This document shows positions 23,296 through 34,197 of a stretch of 64,000 nt of DNA, in pieces. The stretch spans positions 1,240,001 to 1,304,000 of the forward strand of contig AP024665.1 of NCBI GenBank assembly GCA_024346625.1. The letters run 5' to 3'. The translations under genes were made by a program, and so were the position numbers. Below the pieces are notes generated by a model. The model saw nothing but the letters and a program-made list of their open reading frames with translations. It was not told the origin of the DNA and did no database searches. Each line of letters opens with the position of its first letter. Positions within the stretch are counted from its first letter, which is position 1. The DNA is from Williopsis jadinii (Eukaryota).

Positions 23296-26200
23296 CTTTT
23301 TTTTTTACTTTTCTCTCTGAGAGCAAAGCACAACTTGATATACCATCCAAAGGCGATATAAAGCCCTTACGATGTGCTTTAATAGCCATGTGGTTATAGA
23401 AATCGGTTTAAAGGTCCTACTGGCTCTTTAAATAGCCCAATAGTCTTGATTACTACGGATCGTCTGGAACTGTGTTTCAATGGACTACTCCTCACGGAAG
23501 AGACATATGATGGTAAATGAGAACCCCCCCCCCTTTTGGAAACCAATTCCACTAGTACTGACCTACTTTCCAGTGAACCATGACACAACAGAACTGAAGT
23601 AGTTATCTCTCTTCTTCATCGAATGGCATTGCACCAACAATCAAAGCGAGCCAGCTGACCCACAAAGCAGTACCCTCTGAGGTGTTGAGCCTCTGCAATG
23701 TTCATTCTTCCCATCTTCGGATACCTCTCCGATTACACAGCAATGTCTGGGCGACTGAAACACCTCTCTACACCCTTTGCGCTATTTCTACAAGCTGACA
23801 AACCCTCTATCCACAGCTTGATGGCTTCTTTCATAAGCTGAATGTTGGTCCCTGTCTGGTCAAATTACACGGGTTTATCGTCGTTACGTTGCTCTCTGCA
23901 TCATGCAGTATGCGAGAGTATGCGGCTGTATGCATACATGACAACTTCCCGTATCCTTTCGTCTGAGCCTGGATCGTCAAAACAATGTAAACGAGATTTG
24001 CTAGACAGCCTCACACTTGTTTGTCATCTCCTTATCGATTTCAGGTGGTTTTGGGCTTATGACCTATGCGTAGTCAACTGTTCTGATGGCTACTTCGATC
24101 CGCAAATTTCTTTTATTCTGAAGCGTAGCTCACTGATAATGAACGGTGTTCTTGGGGGAATTGATCCTTAAAACAACCTCTGTCCAATTCTGAGACAGTC
24201 ACCCTCACCGTTCATATATGTTGTTACAGGGGTCTCAAACTCTCAGTATTATGCTATGGGTATAAGCCAACGCATTCTGTAACAATTTTCAATGGTAAGC
24301 AGCAGAGTTCAGAAATGCAACTTATGAACCGGCTATAATCGCCGACCTGTGTTGCTTGCAATTCGACGATCAACAGCCTCTGAAGGCGGCGAATAAGTTT
24401 CAAAAAGGTCTCATTCTCAGTTATATCTTGTTTTTTGTTGTAAAGCACTCATTTCTTGAAGAGTACTATCATTATAATGAAGAATTGACCAAAGCACAAC
24501 CTTTAATAATTCTCGTCATTATGAAGACATTTGGCCAGGGGGACACTATACTAGCGGTTTTTAGTTTAATCGTCAGCTTAATTAAAAGGTGCAAACAGAG
24601 ACATAGCCTATCTATAATCTTCAAGTTACAGTATGTATCCCGCCTGAAACCACTTGGGCCTTCTCTATCTATAGTACATTACAACTAGCTAGGAGCTGTA
24701 ACAGCATGCTCTCGTATGTATAACTATTGCTGCAATCTACATTCTAATGCAAAGTAGAAGCGTTGAAGATTGAAATGAGATGAGTGTTCAATATTTGCAT
24801 TGCATTGAAGCAACCCCTCTCCAGAATGATGTAACATCTTGTCAGGCCTCAACTTAGTTCGTAAAAGCCACAGTCCTGGCTCGTCTTCTGGTTTAACAAT
24901 ACTGAAGCTTCAAGGTACCATTTCATACAAGACTTTGTCACGTCACATCGGATCCTGGGCTTCTCAAGTTGGTGATTCAGATACAACCATGAACAATATA
25001 GTAATCCAACTACAACTTCCAAGTAATTCTGATTTCATAGATTACGTACACTACGTGTTTTGTAGAGTTGACTAGACTATAGAAGCACTGGTTGATGGCT
25101 TTCACATCAGAAGTCCTACGTCCGTTTTTTTTTTGAAGGATATCATTCTCAATAAGCGAGCACCAGCCGATTAACCCTTATAGAACACGTTTATTTCCAT
25201 TGTAAACACTTAGCTTCATTCTTCACGTGGTCTTTCACACTCATAGTCCAAGATGCGCCTGACTGTGACACTTTAAGTTGGCCATACAATGTTATTGTCA
25301 AGCTTCAAGACCGCAGTGAGGCTGTTCATGGTTCATTTCTACGTTGACACTGCTCACTTCTTACCTCAGAATCCTCTGTTGGTAAAGACAAATCAGCTGC
25401 ATGCTGGCACGCATTCAGGATATCCACACTCATGACGTCTCTCACATGCCTAAAATTAGGGGCTTAGCAGTTCATACCAAAACCTGTTCATTAGCTGCCA
25501 TGTCATTCTCTTGGTAGTCAATTGTTCCCAGAGTTTCCCGATACTGCCTATCCCTCATTATGACTCACCTCAGAAACGAACACCTTGTTCAGCGATTTTA
25601 CCCGTGTTGCGTCTTGCAGCCTTCCCTCGCTGACTCCTCTGAAGCCGTTGAAAGTACACACCTCAAACACTAAAGCGTTGACATGAGGGAAATCCGAAAT
25701 GGCTATAATGGGCCAGACCGGACACTGGCTCAATTTACGAAGTGGTGTGCAAGATGATGTACCGGCCGATTACAGATTCGTGGGATCCACAGTGGCCCAA
25801 TGGCATGTACCATTGGCGTCAAGCACGCGTGCACATGAACGCATGTGCATACACTCCATCCAATTTATCCTCCTGTAGATTGTAATCTTCGTCAGCTCAA
25901 GGACCAGATCACCGTTCCTCCAGCATGGCATATGGTCCCTGGAGACTGCACTGTCATTGCAAAAACATCATCAGCTTCCAGGCATATATCCATCCTGCTT
26001 GTGCGACAGGCATCCCTTCTATGTACGAGTTATATAACTCGCCCACCAAGCTGAACTTTACTGCATGGTGCTAAAAACTTAATTATATCTTGCAGATCCA
26101 CTGAGCTTCTCGCACTGCCACGAGGAGACACCGTCCACGGGTGGAGCGTGAGGTCTTCCACCCTCCACCAGCTTTCCGTGGACCGCGGCCCAGCCCGGCC

Positions 26201-26953
26201 TGGCAGCGCGAAACATAGACCAACCGGCCTCTTCCAATCGCTTTCGCAGTAGCCTCTTTTCTAAGGAAAAGCATATGGTGGCCTTATCGTATCGGTTGAT
26301 TATCCCCAACTCCCCGATTCACACGCTCAGGAAAAGGTTAACCGTGCATGCCATACAAGGAGCCGCCCCAAGGACGGGAGCTGCATGGGTCGGTAGAGTC
26401 CACACACCTTCTGCCTCCATGTGCTGTGTTACTCGGGTAGCGGATGAAAACCCCACTGGCCACTGTGGTTCGCGCAACATATTTTTCGCAGTTTCTTTCG
26501 TTTTTTTGCGGGCTGCTCGTTAGAGTTTTTCGTTTGGCGCACAGAGTTCCATCCCTTCGCTGGGCCGGGTAAATTTCTATAAAGCCTGGAGCGCTCCCCG
26601 ATTCATAGAGAATTCAACATGATAAAAGAGCATGGACGCTAGTGTGTGCTTGTCATTTATCACTAATAAGTGCCTGTGTCCTACTGTTTTCTACACGTTC
26701 CGCCCTCTGTATTTGATCTTGTGAGTACAGACTGTCTGGAAGGTGTATATCGCCAAGTTGTCATTGTGGATAGCTAACAAAGATTGTACAGTTTGAGCAG
26801 GAAGAACTGGTAGCTTCCTCATTGTAATCAGAGACACCGAGACCATCTACAGGTGTCTGTCAGGTACTGCTCGAATACGCAGCTTCACCTGCCCCCTACT
26901 GCGCTTACAGTCGTGGTCTATCAGCCAGTGGTAGACACTGAGCTTTGTACATC

Positions 26954-29446
26954 ATGGATCGCAACATGAAGGGAGATGACTTCCCGTCGGGCTATGACGG
27001 GACCTTCCATACTGACGACACCACGTCTGCTGGAGCTGTGGTCTCTGCGGGCTGGGTACAAGATGTCAGCGGCCATGTCCACCAGGCTCCAGAGGTGTGG
27101 TATACAAATGCGCAATACCAGCATGATCTGCAAGAACAGCAGTTGAATCTCCAGGCCATTGCTGTGTCTCAGCCAGAATTCATGGCTGCTGCCATGAAAC
27201 AGGTGAACATTCAGCAGCAGCAGTATCAACAACCTCAACAGCATCAACAACATCAGCAGCAGCAACAACATCAGCAGCATCAACAACATCAGCAGCAGCA
27301 ACAACCTCAGCAGCATCAACAACATCAGCAGCAGCAAATGTATTCGAATGAGTACCAGCAGTTCCAACAAGGACCACGGCACCTGCCGCAGCAACCAATT
27401 CAGCAGGTTCAACAGCAATTCCAAATATCAGTAGGACAGCCACTGCCAGTGCAAGTGTCCCAGACCTCTCTTTCGTCTGTACAGAGACGTCGTAAGATCA
27501 ACACACAACCGAAGAGAAGAACGTTGACAGCTTGTGAGTCGTGTCGTATGAAGAAAGTGCGTTGTGACCTCGGGAAGCCAACGTGTGGGCGTTGTACCAA
27601 GAGTGGTGCTCCCTGTGTCTACAGAGGTAAAAGACAGGAGCCTGATCTCCTAACAGAGATGTCAGGGGTTGCTGCCAAACCAAAGGCTCCGATCTGGTCC
27701 ACTTCCAACTGGTTCTCAAAGGCTGACGGCATTCTGAAGTGGCCCATCTTCTGCGATAAGTACACCATGCCACAGAGCAACACGCTCATAGCAGCCAAAA
27801 GCGAAGAAGGGTTCCCCAAGCTGGGGACCTTCTCAGATGATGAGCTGCAACAGATGGGCATCAAGCTGAGAAGAAGAGTGAGGGATTATATCACTTCTTA
27901 TCTGGAAAACGTTGCAAACAAGAGTCCTATCGTGGATGCAGCTCAGCTGTACAGGACTGCAACAATGATTGAAAACGTTGTAGATGCCGACCCCAGTATC
28001 AACATCTTCAAGTTGGATATGACAAAGGACAACAACACCCCTCTTCCTCTGCTGATGACGATATGTGCGTGCGGTGCAATGTCAAAGACTCTGACATTGA
28101 CGAACCTGACACAGTATGGAACCTCTCTGAAAGAGAAGGAGCCGTTCTTCCAGTATGCCTATAAGCTGTTTGTTGTAGGTGCGTTCTTGAACTCGATTCC
28201 CAAGTACAAGATTGGTGATTTTGATCTGAACATGGTGCAATTCCACATGGCTCAAACACACTTCTGGATGTACAACTTGAAGCCTCTGAAGGCGTGGAGC
28301 TCCATCTTCAAGGCATCTACACTGGTGATGGCTATCATCGAGAGTTATAAGGCGTCAGGGCGAAAGTTCACGGAGGAGGAACACACCATGCTAGAGAGGG
28401 TCTTCCACTGCTGTGTCAAGTACGAGTCGGAACTCAGGGTGGAGCTGAGTCCGAGTGTTCCCTCGAGTGGTATCGTAAACTATCCCTTCCCGTCTATTTA
28501 CCCAACTCCTCCTCTTGACGGATCAATGGATTCCAAGGACGAGGCAGCGTGGTTCTTCTTCCTCACTGAAATCATGCTGCGTAAGTTCGAGAACAGGCTC
28601 ATGGATGACTTCTACGTTCCTATCAGTGTCTCGTCGGATGAGAGCGTTCCAGTTGGTGAGTTCAAAGGTGATAATTACATCCTGGACTGGAGCAGATACA
28701 CCATCTCTGAGATGATCACCAAATGCTCCGTCTATGTGGAAGAATTGGACAAGATTGAGAAATCCATGCTGTCCCATTTGGCCCAAATCATCCCAGAAGA
28801 AGGCGATGAGATCCAACCTTATGGCTATGTTCTGCAGAAGGCTTCCGAGCAGGAGGCCACCTCTCGTCATAAACAGCACAAGCAGCCAGAGCAGACTCTA
28901 CAGAACCCCAAACAGCATACCGACTTGGATCTGCCCTCACAGCAGGAACGCAATAGCACCCCAAGCAACAGGACTAAACTGGAATCACCGGAATCAGACT
29001 CTGACGATTTGCAGACCTTTATGGAGAAACGGTGTGGCAGCATCCCCGAGGTGGTGCAGTTCATCAAGACTCGTCTGATTGAAGTTAGGCTGACGATGTT
29101 CCGTCCTCTCTTCTACTTGGTGTTGCACGATACCGTCTCAGACTACGACAGCCCGTTCATCGAGGAGGTCCTCCACCAGGGTGCCGAGAGCATGGATCTC
29201 CTGAACGTTCCTTTGGCAACACACCGTCATTTCGGCAGTTGGTTCTACTGTAAGGTGGTGTTCACCTCTGTCATTCTCGTATGGGGGTTCTACCTGAGGT
29301 TCCGGTGGAAGTTCTTCGATAAGGAGAGATTGGAACGCTTCATCATGGATGGAGTCACGATCCTGGAGTACTGGAAGGATGAGTGTACTGAACTGAAGGA
29401 AAACTTGAGGATCCTCAGGCAATTGATTGCCGAATTGAACGAATAG
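26954..29446 (+). CDS. Zn(II)2Cys6 transcription factor with Q/H-rich N-terminus
   Basis: ACESCRMKKVRCDLGKPTCGRCTKSGAPCVY zinc cluster; middle homology region; first ATG 26954. Confidence 0.9.
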   Translation: MDRNMKGDDFPSGYDGTFHTDDTTSAGAVVSAGWVQDVSGHVHQAPEVWYTNAQYQHDLQEQQLNLQAIAVSQPEFMAAAMKQVNIQQQQYQQPQQHQQHQQQQQHQQHQQHQQQQQPQQHQQHQQQQMYSNEYQQFQQGPRHLPQQPIQQVQQQFQISVGQPLPVQVSQTSLSSVQRRRKINTQPKRRTLTACESCRMKKVRCDLGKPTCGRCTKSGAPCVYRGKRQEPDLLTEMSGVAAKPKAPIWSTSNWFSKADGILKWPIFCDKYTMPQSNTLIAAKSEEGFPKLGTFSDDELQQMGIKLRRRVRDYITSYLENVANKSPIVDAAQLYRTATMIENVVDADPSINIFKLDMTKDNNTPLPLLMTICACGAMSKTLTLTNLTQYGTSLKEKEPFFQYAYKLFVVGAFLNSIPKYKIGDFDLNMVQFHMAQTHFWMYNLKPLKAWSSIFKASTLVMAIIESYKASGRKFTEEEHTMLERVFHCCVKYESELRVELSPSVPSSGIVNYPFPSIYPTPPLDGSMDSKDEAAWFFFLTEIMLRKFENRLMDDFYVPISVSSDESVPVGEFKGDNYILDWSRYTISEMITKCSVYVEELDKIEKSMLSHLAQIIPEEGDEIQPYGYVLQKASEQEATSRHKQHKQPEQTLQNPKQHTDLDLPSQQERNSTPSNRTKLESPESDSDDLQTFMEKRCGSIPEVVQFIKTRLIEVRLTMFRPLFYLVLHDTVSDYDSPFIEEVLHQGAESMDLLNVPLATHRHFGSWFYCKVVFTSVILVWGFYLRFRWKFFDKERLERFIMDGVTILEYWKDECTELKENLRILRQLIAELNE
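27211..27337 (+). repeat. Coding Q/H minisatellite (about 33-bp unit, QQHQQHQQQQQ x3)
   Basis: Repeated CAGCATCAACAACATCAGCAGCAGCAA. Confidence 0.85.
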
Positions 29447-29519
29447 AGACAGTTCTCTTTATATAAACCGTTTGTAGCGTTGAGCATCGTGGGTGTTTTT
29501 CTCCTGTTTTCGGGCGCGT

Positions 29520-29624
29520 TCCGAAAACGAGTATCCCAAAACCGGCCTGTCCCGAAAACGAGATGCCGCAAACCGGCCTGTCCCGAAAACGAGTAGCCCA
29601 AAACCGGCCTGCCCCGAAAACGAG
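29520..29624 (+). repeat. 31-bp tandem array CCCGAAAACGAG-N7-AAACCGGCCTGT, 3.4 copies, in the SYM1 promoter
   Basis: Units start at 29520, 29551, 29582, 29613; inverted half-copy GTTTTCGGG just upstream. Confidence 0.9.
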
Positions 29625-29731
29625 GGAAAGCAAATCGCCAGGGCCCAAGATAGCACGCACTTCATCAACTACAAAAGAGGCGATAAGCCGAAACAAGCAC
29701 ACATCGCCACCTACAAAAGGACAGTTTGCCG

Positions 29732-30349
29732 ATGGTTTCCGTACTATCGATCTACAAGCAAAGGCTAAGGACCAATCCCAAGCTGACAAATGCCCTGATG
29801 ACGGGCTTTCTGTTCGGTTCCGGTGATTTCATTGCGCAAGTGTTCTTCCCAGATGCTCAAGGCGAGAAGGTGAAGACGTTTGGTTTCGACTACGACATCA
29901 ACCGCACACTGAGAGGCGTTGTATACGGGTCCTGTGTGTTTTCATTCATTGGCGATAAGTGGTACAAGATTCTGGCAAGGATTCATCTGCCTGGCGACTC
30001 CAGATATGCCATTGTGAACAAGACGAAAGATGCCATTGCCAGGACGGCTGTTGATCAGCTTGTGTGGGCTCCTGTTGGAATCCCTCTGTACTACTTTGTG
30101 ATGTCTGTACTTGAGGCGAGACCTGTTGAAGAGACCAGGCAGAAGCTGGAGGAGAACTGGTGGCCTACGTTGAAAGCCAATTGGATGGTTTGGCCTGCTT
30201 TCCAGCTGGTCAACTTGGGCTTTGTCCCTGTTCAGCATCAGCTCTTGGGGGTGAATCTCATCAGCATTGCGTGGAATACGTACTTGAGCCTGAGGAATTC
30301 CAGAAACTTGGAGCGTAACCTGGTCCATTACCCACCTGTTCCGGAATGA
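29732..30349 (+). CDS. SYM1: Mpv17/PMP22 family mitochondrial inner-membrane protein
   Basis: NPKLTNALMTGFLFGSGDFIAQ, DQLVWAP, WWPTLKANWMVWPAFQ, WNTYLS. Confidence 0.92.
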   Translation: MVSVLSIYKQRLRTNPKLTNALMTGFLFGSGDFIAQVFFPDAQGEKVKTFGFDYDINRTLRGVVYGSCVFSFIGDKWYKILARIHLPGDSRYAIVNKTKDAIARTAVDQLVWAPVGIPLYYFVMSVLEARPVEETRQKLEENWWPTLKANWMVWPAFQLVNLGFVPVQHQLLGVNLISIAWNTYLSLRNSRNLERNLVHYPPVPE

Positions 30350-30516
30350 GTCAAACGAGCTGTTCTCATCTGAACATGGAGGTTTCTTCTTTAGAGGCGC
30401 ACTGTGTCTCCACGTCCTATTGGTTGGACTCCAATGGCCCAGTGTCTCCAATTGGAATCACATATATGGTGTTGACGAGGCTCTGTATATATGCTCTTTT
30501 CCTGGCCGGAGAACGG

Positions 30517-31961
30517 TCAAAGTTCGAAATGATAAGGCAATAGAAGAAAAGACACACGGAAGTAGCCAGGCATGCGACTGAACCTCTGGTAAACTATGCG
30601 GATAAACCTGTATCGAATAACTTCAGTGTCATTGGCATAGCCAGCAGTCTGCCTATACAGTCGAGAGAACCGAGTGGCATTGCTGGCTTTTAGTTGTCCT
30701 CTTTGCAAAGCTCATTAGACCGTCCAATGGTTATAGGCGAAGCAGCGAAATCGACACATTGCGACAGGTATCCAGCCACCATTGTTTCTACGAACACCTG
30801 ATAATGGAATATCACGATTGCACACCCTGGAATCCTTATCTCTGAGCAGATCAATCCAATTTCGACTCTTCGCCTGCCAAATAGGCCGATCAGAAACCGT
30901 GAGATGAGACAGTTAAAGACCCTGGCACTAGAGACACCTGTTGGAATGTTGTGCCTATGATAGACACTATAGTCTGGGCTCTTGAGTACAATACTGAGAT
31001 GTACAGAAACTGTTCATGTATAAGTCCAAAGAATCCATGTTGTGACGAACAGACACCACTGGTAGGAACAGAACACATGCCTGAATGTTGCCATGTCAAT
31101 GTGGTTGTGTCACTCTATTCCATTGGCATTTATATGTGCTTTACAGAGCTCTAACTTCTCCTGCGAATGGTGTGACTGGCAATGCAGTCTCTGGAGTATC
31201 AGAGAAGAAGAAGTGGCCATAGTGAGAGTTATCATTCTGTTCACAATGAAGAGCCATCTCCAGCCTTCCAACACCATCCGTGGGCTTGTGTGGTCCATAT
31301 TGGATTCAACTGGGGAAGGATAAGCCCAGTTGGTCCAGAAGCTGTGGAGATGGCTGTTCTTTTGCGTGGTTCTTCTTTGGTGTACCGAGAACCAAGAGCA
31401 TACTGAATCACAGGCCATGCAATGCCCTTACAGGTACGCTATGTGAATCTGAGAGCTGCAAGAGTGCCGAAGCCCTGTGAAATGAAGATCAACAAGCACA
31501 TCAATTGTCATAGACACTCAATCACTGGAATCAGTCTGTAGTGTTCCTCACTGACGCTGATGTGCCCTTTCACTCCAGTGATGTACGCTGAAGCTAAGTT
31601 CTCTTGATCAAGATAATTGATGAAGTATGCTAAGCGTATGTGGGACATGATAAAGAAGTCTGACTTAAGCACGATGTTTCTCTCCTTTGCAGACTGATCT
31701 GCCAGGCTCCAGAAGTACCTCTTTCTTCGTGATGGGCTAGGAGGTTTCTCCTTAGACCAGAACAGTGATCAGAACAGTGACCAGCATTTGTCAAACTACA
31801 GCATAGCCTACTCTTTGGCCCTCAGGTCGTAATCCTCTGTGGAGTCAGTTTGTTCAGCAGGGATTGGCCGTCTCTGGATTATTCCTCTTCTCCGTGTATA
31901 ATTCGATGGCTGGTCTTTAGTTTGTATATCAATGGACACCTGTTTGTCTCTGAGGAGGCAT
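30517..31961 (-). pseudogene. Decayed MFS anion:cation symporter gene (allantoate permease family, FEN2/pantothenate transporter-like)
   Basis: Collinear fragments across frames: ERNIVLKSDFFIMS..LAYFINYLDQENLASAYITG; LAALRF*..YALGSRYTKEE..RTAISTASG; LEGWRWLFIV..MITL; IDMATFRHVF..QWCLF..WIL; YSVYHRHNIPTG; NELCKEDN*; FTRGSVACLAT; multiple stops and frameshifts. Confidence 0.85.
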
Positions 31962-34069
31962 ATTGTATAGCTGTTCACGGTTTAATGATGCCGTAAGCTA
32001 TCTGTTATCATAACACAACTCTCTCTTGGAATTGTGACTCGCTAGAAAAGCAAAATGAAGCTCTCCTTATCCAAAGAACAAGATCATTGATGCTTAGCTA
32101 TGAAACTACAGTACTATTCATAATGCATCCATCTTGTACTGCATTTATTTCTCCTGACTCGCTCTTGTCTTTTTATTATCATCTGGAACATATCCTGGAA
32201 CACAGATTAGAGCTTTCCCGCAATTAAAGGCTAGCTGAGTACACCCATATGATAAGCTACAACATATCAATCATTAGCTGTTGTGCATCCTTGATAAATA
32301 AACTATAACTACTTAGAAAACACTCGCTGCTGGTATGGAATTCACCCATGAGACTCCCACACAAGCTCTGCCCACTACAGGGTGTTCGCTTAACGGTTCA
32401 GCTTATAGTCTGCTAGTCATATTGACGTCACAATATATGTTCACCACCAATAACCTTTGTGTGGTGTGTTCCTTTGCCCAGGATGTGCTATCGAAACTTA
32501 TAAATAATGACAATGAGATAATTCTTCAAACAATATAGATTAAAAATTCTGTGAGAAAATGGCTGGTTCATAAGAACTTGAAAAAGAGCAAATACAATGG
32601 TTCAAGGAGCTCCTTTAAAATCATTGTACAACATCCAAATCTTGATATGGCGTAATCCAAGTAGTTCCACTAGTTACAATGGGAATATAAAGTAGCTTTG
32701 ACAAGAGTATTACATAGAGAATATCATTCACTGGATCGACGATGAACTCGGAATTAATTCCAAAGGTCGAATATCACAACGGATATATACTTTCTGCAAG
32801 GAGTAGGCACCAGGCGCAGTGAGGCTTGTCAAAGGCAGCGCCTGCAGGCATTTGCCGGTGTGTGGGCATATGGAAGCTGCAGTGGGAACCATCGCTACGC
32901 ACAGAGTAAGAACTGCGCTCTTTCCTGGGAGGGAAGTACAACCGGGTGCTTTACGTGTAAATGGATGAAGAGAGTAGAGGGTAAATTGATTCATCTGAGT
33001 ATGTATTTACTTCCAGTGAATTTTTTGTCGGCGATGAATGGCGAGACTAGCATTACGGTAAGCAGTGTGATGTGTGATGTGTGCCGTAACGCTGCTGTAG
33101 AAAGTTGACCACCACCAATGGAAAGCTCCTTGCTTGGTGCTCGCCAGCCTTTTGTTCATAATGATCTTTATAAGCAGCGATAGATCGTGAATAACACACT
33201 GGCAGTATGAGTCGTCTCAATTATGGAGCACTATGATGCAAATATGTACTCTTATGGCTGGCGACGGTTGCCTCAGCATCGCTGTGTGAAATCAACTACA
33301 CCATGCACACTGGACGGTGCAACTCCTCTTTGACTCTAGCACAGGAGAGTCAGACATGGAGCCACAGCTTATCCTTCTATGTATATTTGAGCTGTAGTAA
33401 GTCCCTGGACATAATGCTGCGAGTGACTCAAAATCCTTTATCGAGGTTCACGAGTACATTTATCATCTCTCTATTGGACATCTCTACGTGATGGAGGGTT
33501 CAACAAGTAACGTCCAGCCAATTGACCAGCACGGCAGTTACTAACTGGCTAAATCTCACTGAACATAGCACTTGGAGTCTAATCTCGCTCCGCTTGTGTA
33601 CACTACACGCCATGCTTCCCTCACTCTCCAGGGAGACACTATCACCAATCCACACCTATAACGGCATACTTTCCTGCGTATAAAGGGCCATGAGCTAAAC
33701 TGACAAATACGTGGCATATCAGCACTTACTAGCAGGTTCTTATCAAGCCACAGACCGAGATATCGAACCGGTATTTGGCACCTTGGTAACTGTTCGGTCC
33801 GTCACATTCAACAGTGTATCAACTTCTATTGGACTCATCTCCAAAATCAGGCATCCAAGCAGATAACAATGTCCCTATTTGGTTGTCTCATGGTACCATA
33901 ATTGTCCACCCAAATCATATCAGCTCAACTCTGGCTGCGTCTCTCTGCCAAGTACTTCGATAAGGAAGCCATTGTACAGCCAAAATGAGCCAACCTGTAT
34001 AGATAACTGCACTCCACGCATACAACTTCTGCACTTATCACCTAATGGTGCAACATCTCCATGGATCAT

Positions 34070-34110
34070 ATTACTGCTATAGGATAAATTACTGCTATAG
34101 GATAAATTAC
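34070..34110 (+). repeat. 18-bp tandem duplication ATTACTGCTATAGGATAA x2.3
   Basis: Seen directly, 3' of the amine oxidase gene. Confidence 0.85.
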
Positions 34111-34197
34111 AGCAAATGGGTTGCATAGACTATAGATCTTCAAAACAAATAGAATATTATATTACTTAAAAACACTCAATAACTTATGTATAAACGA

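Noticed and set aside
29520..29624. CRISPR-like repeat/spacer appearance
   Set aside because: Variable parts are only 7 bp and related to each other, there are no cas genes, and the context is eukaryotic
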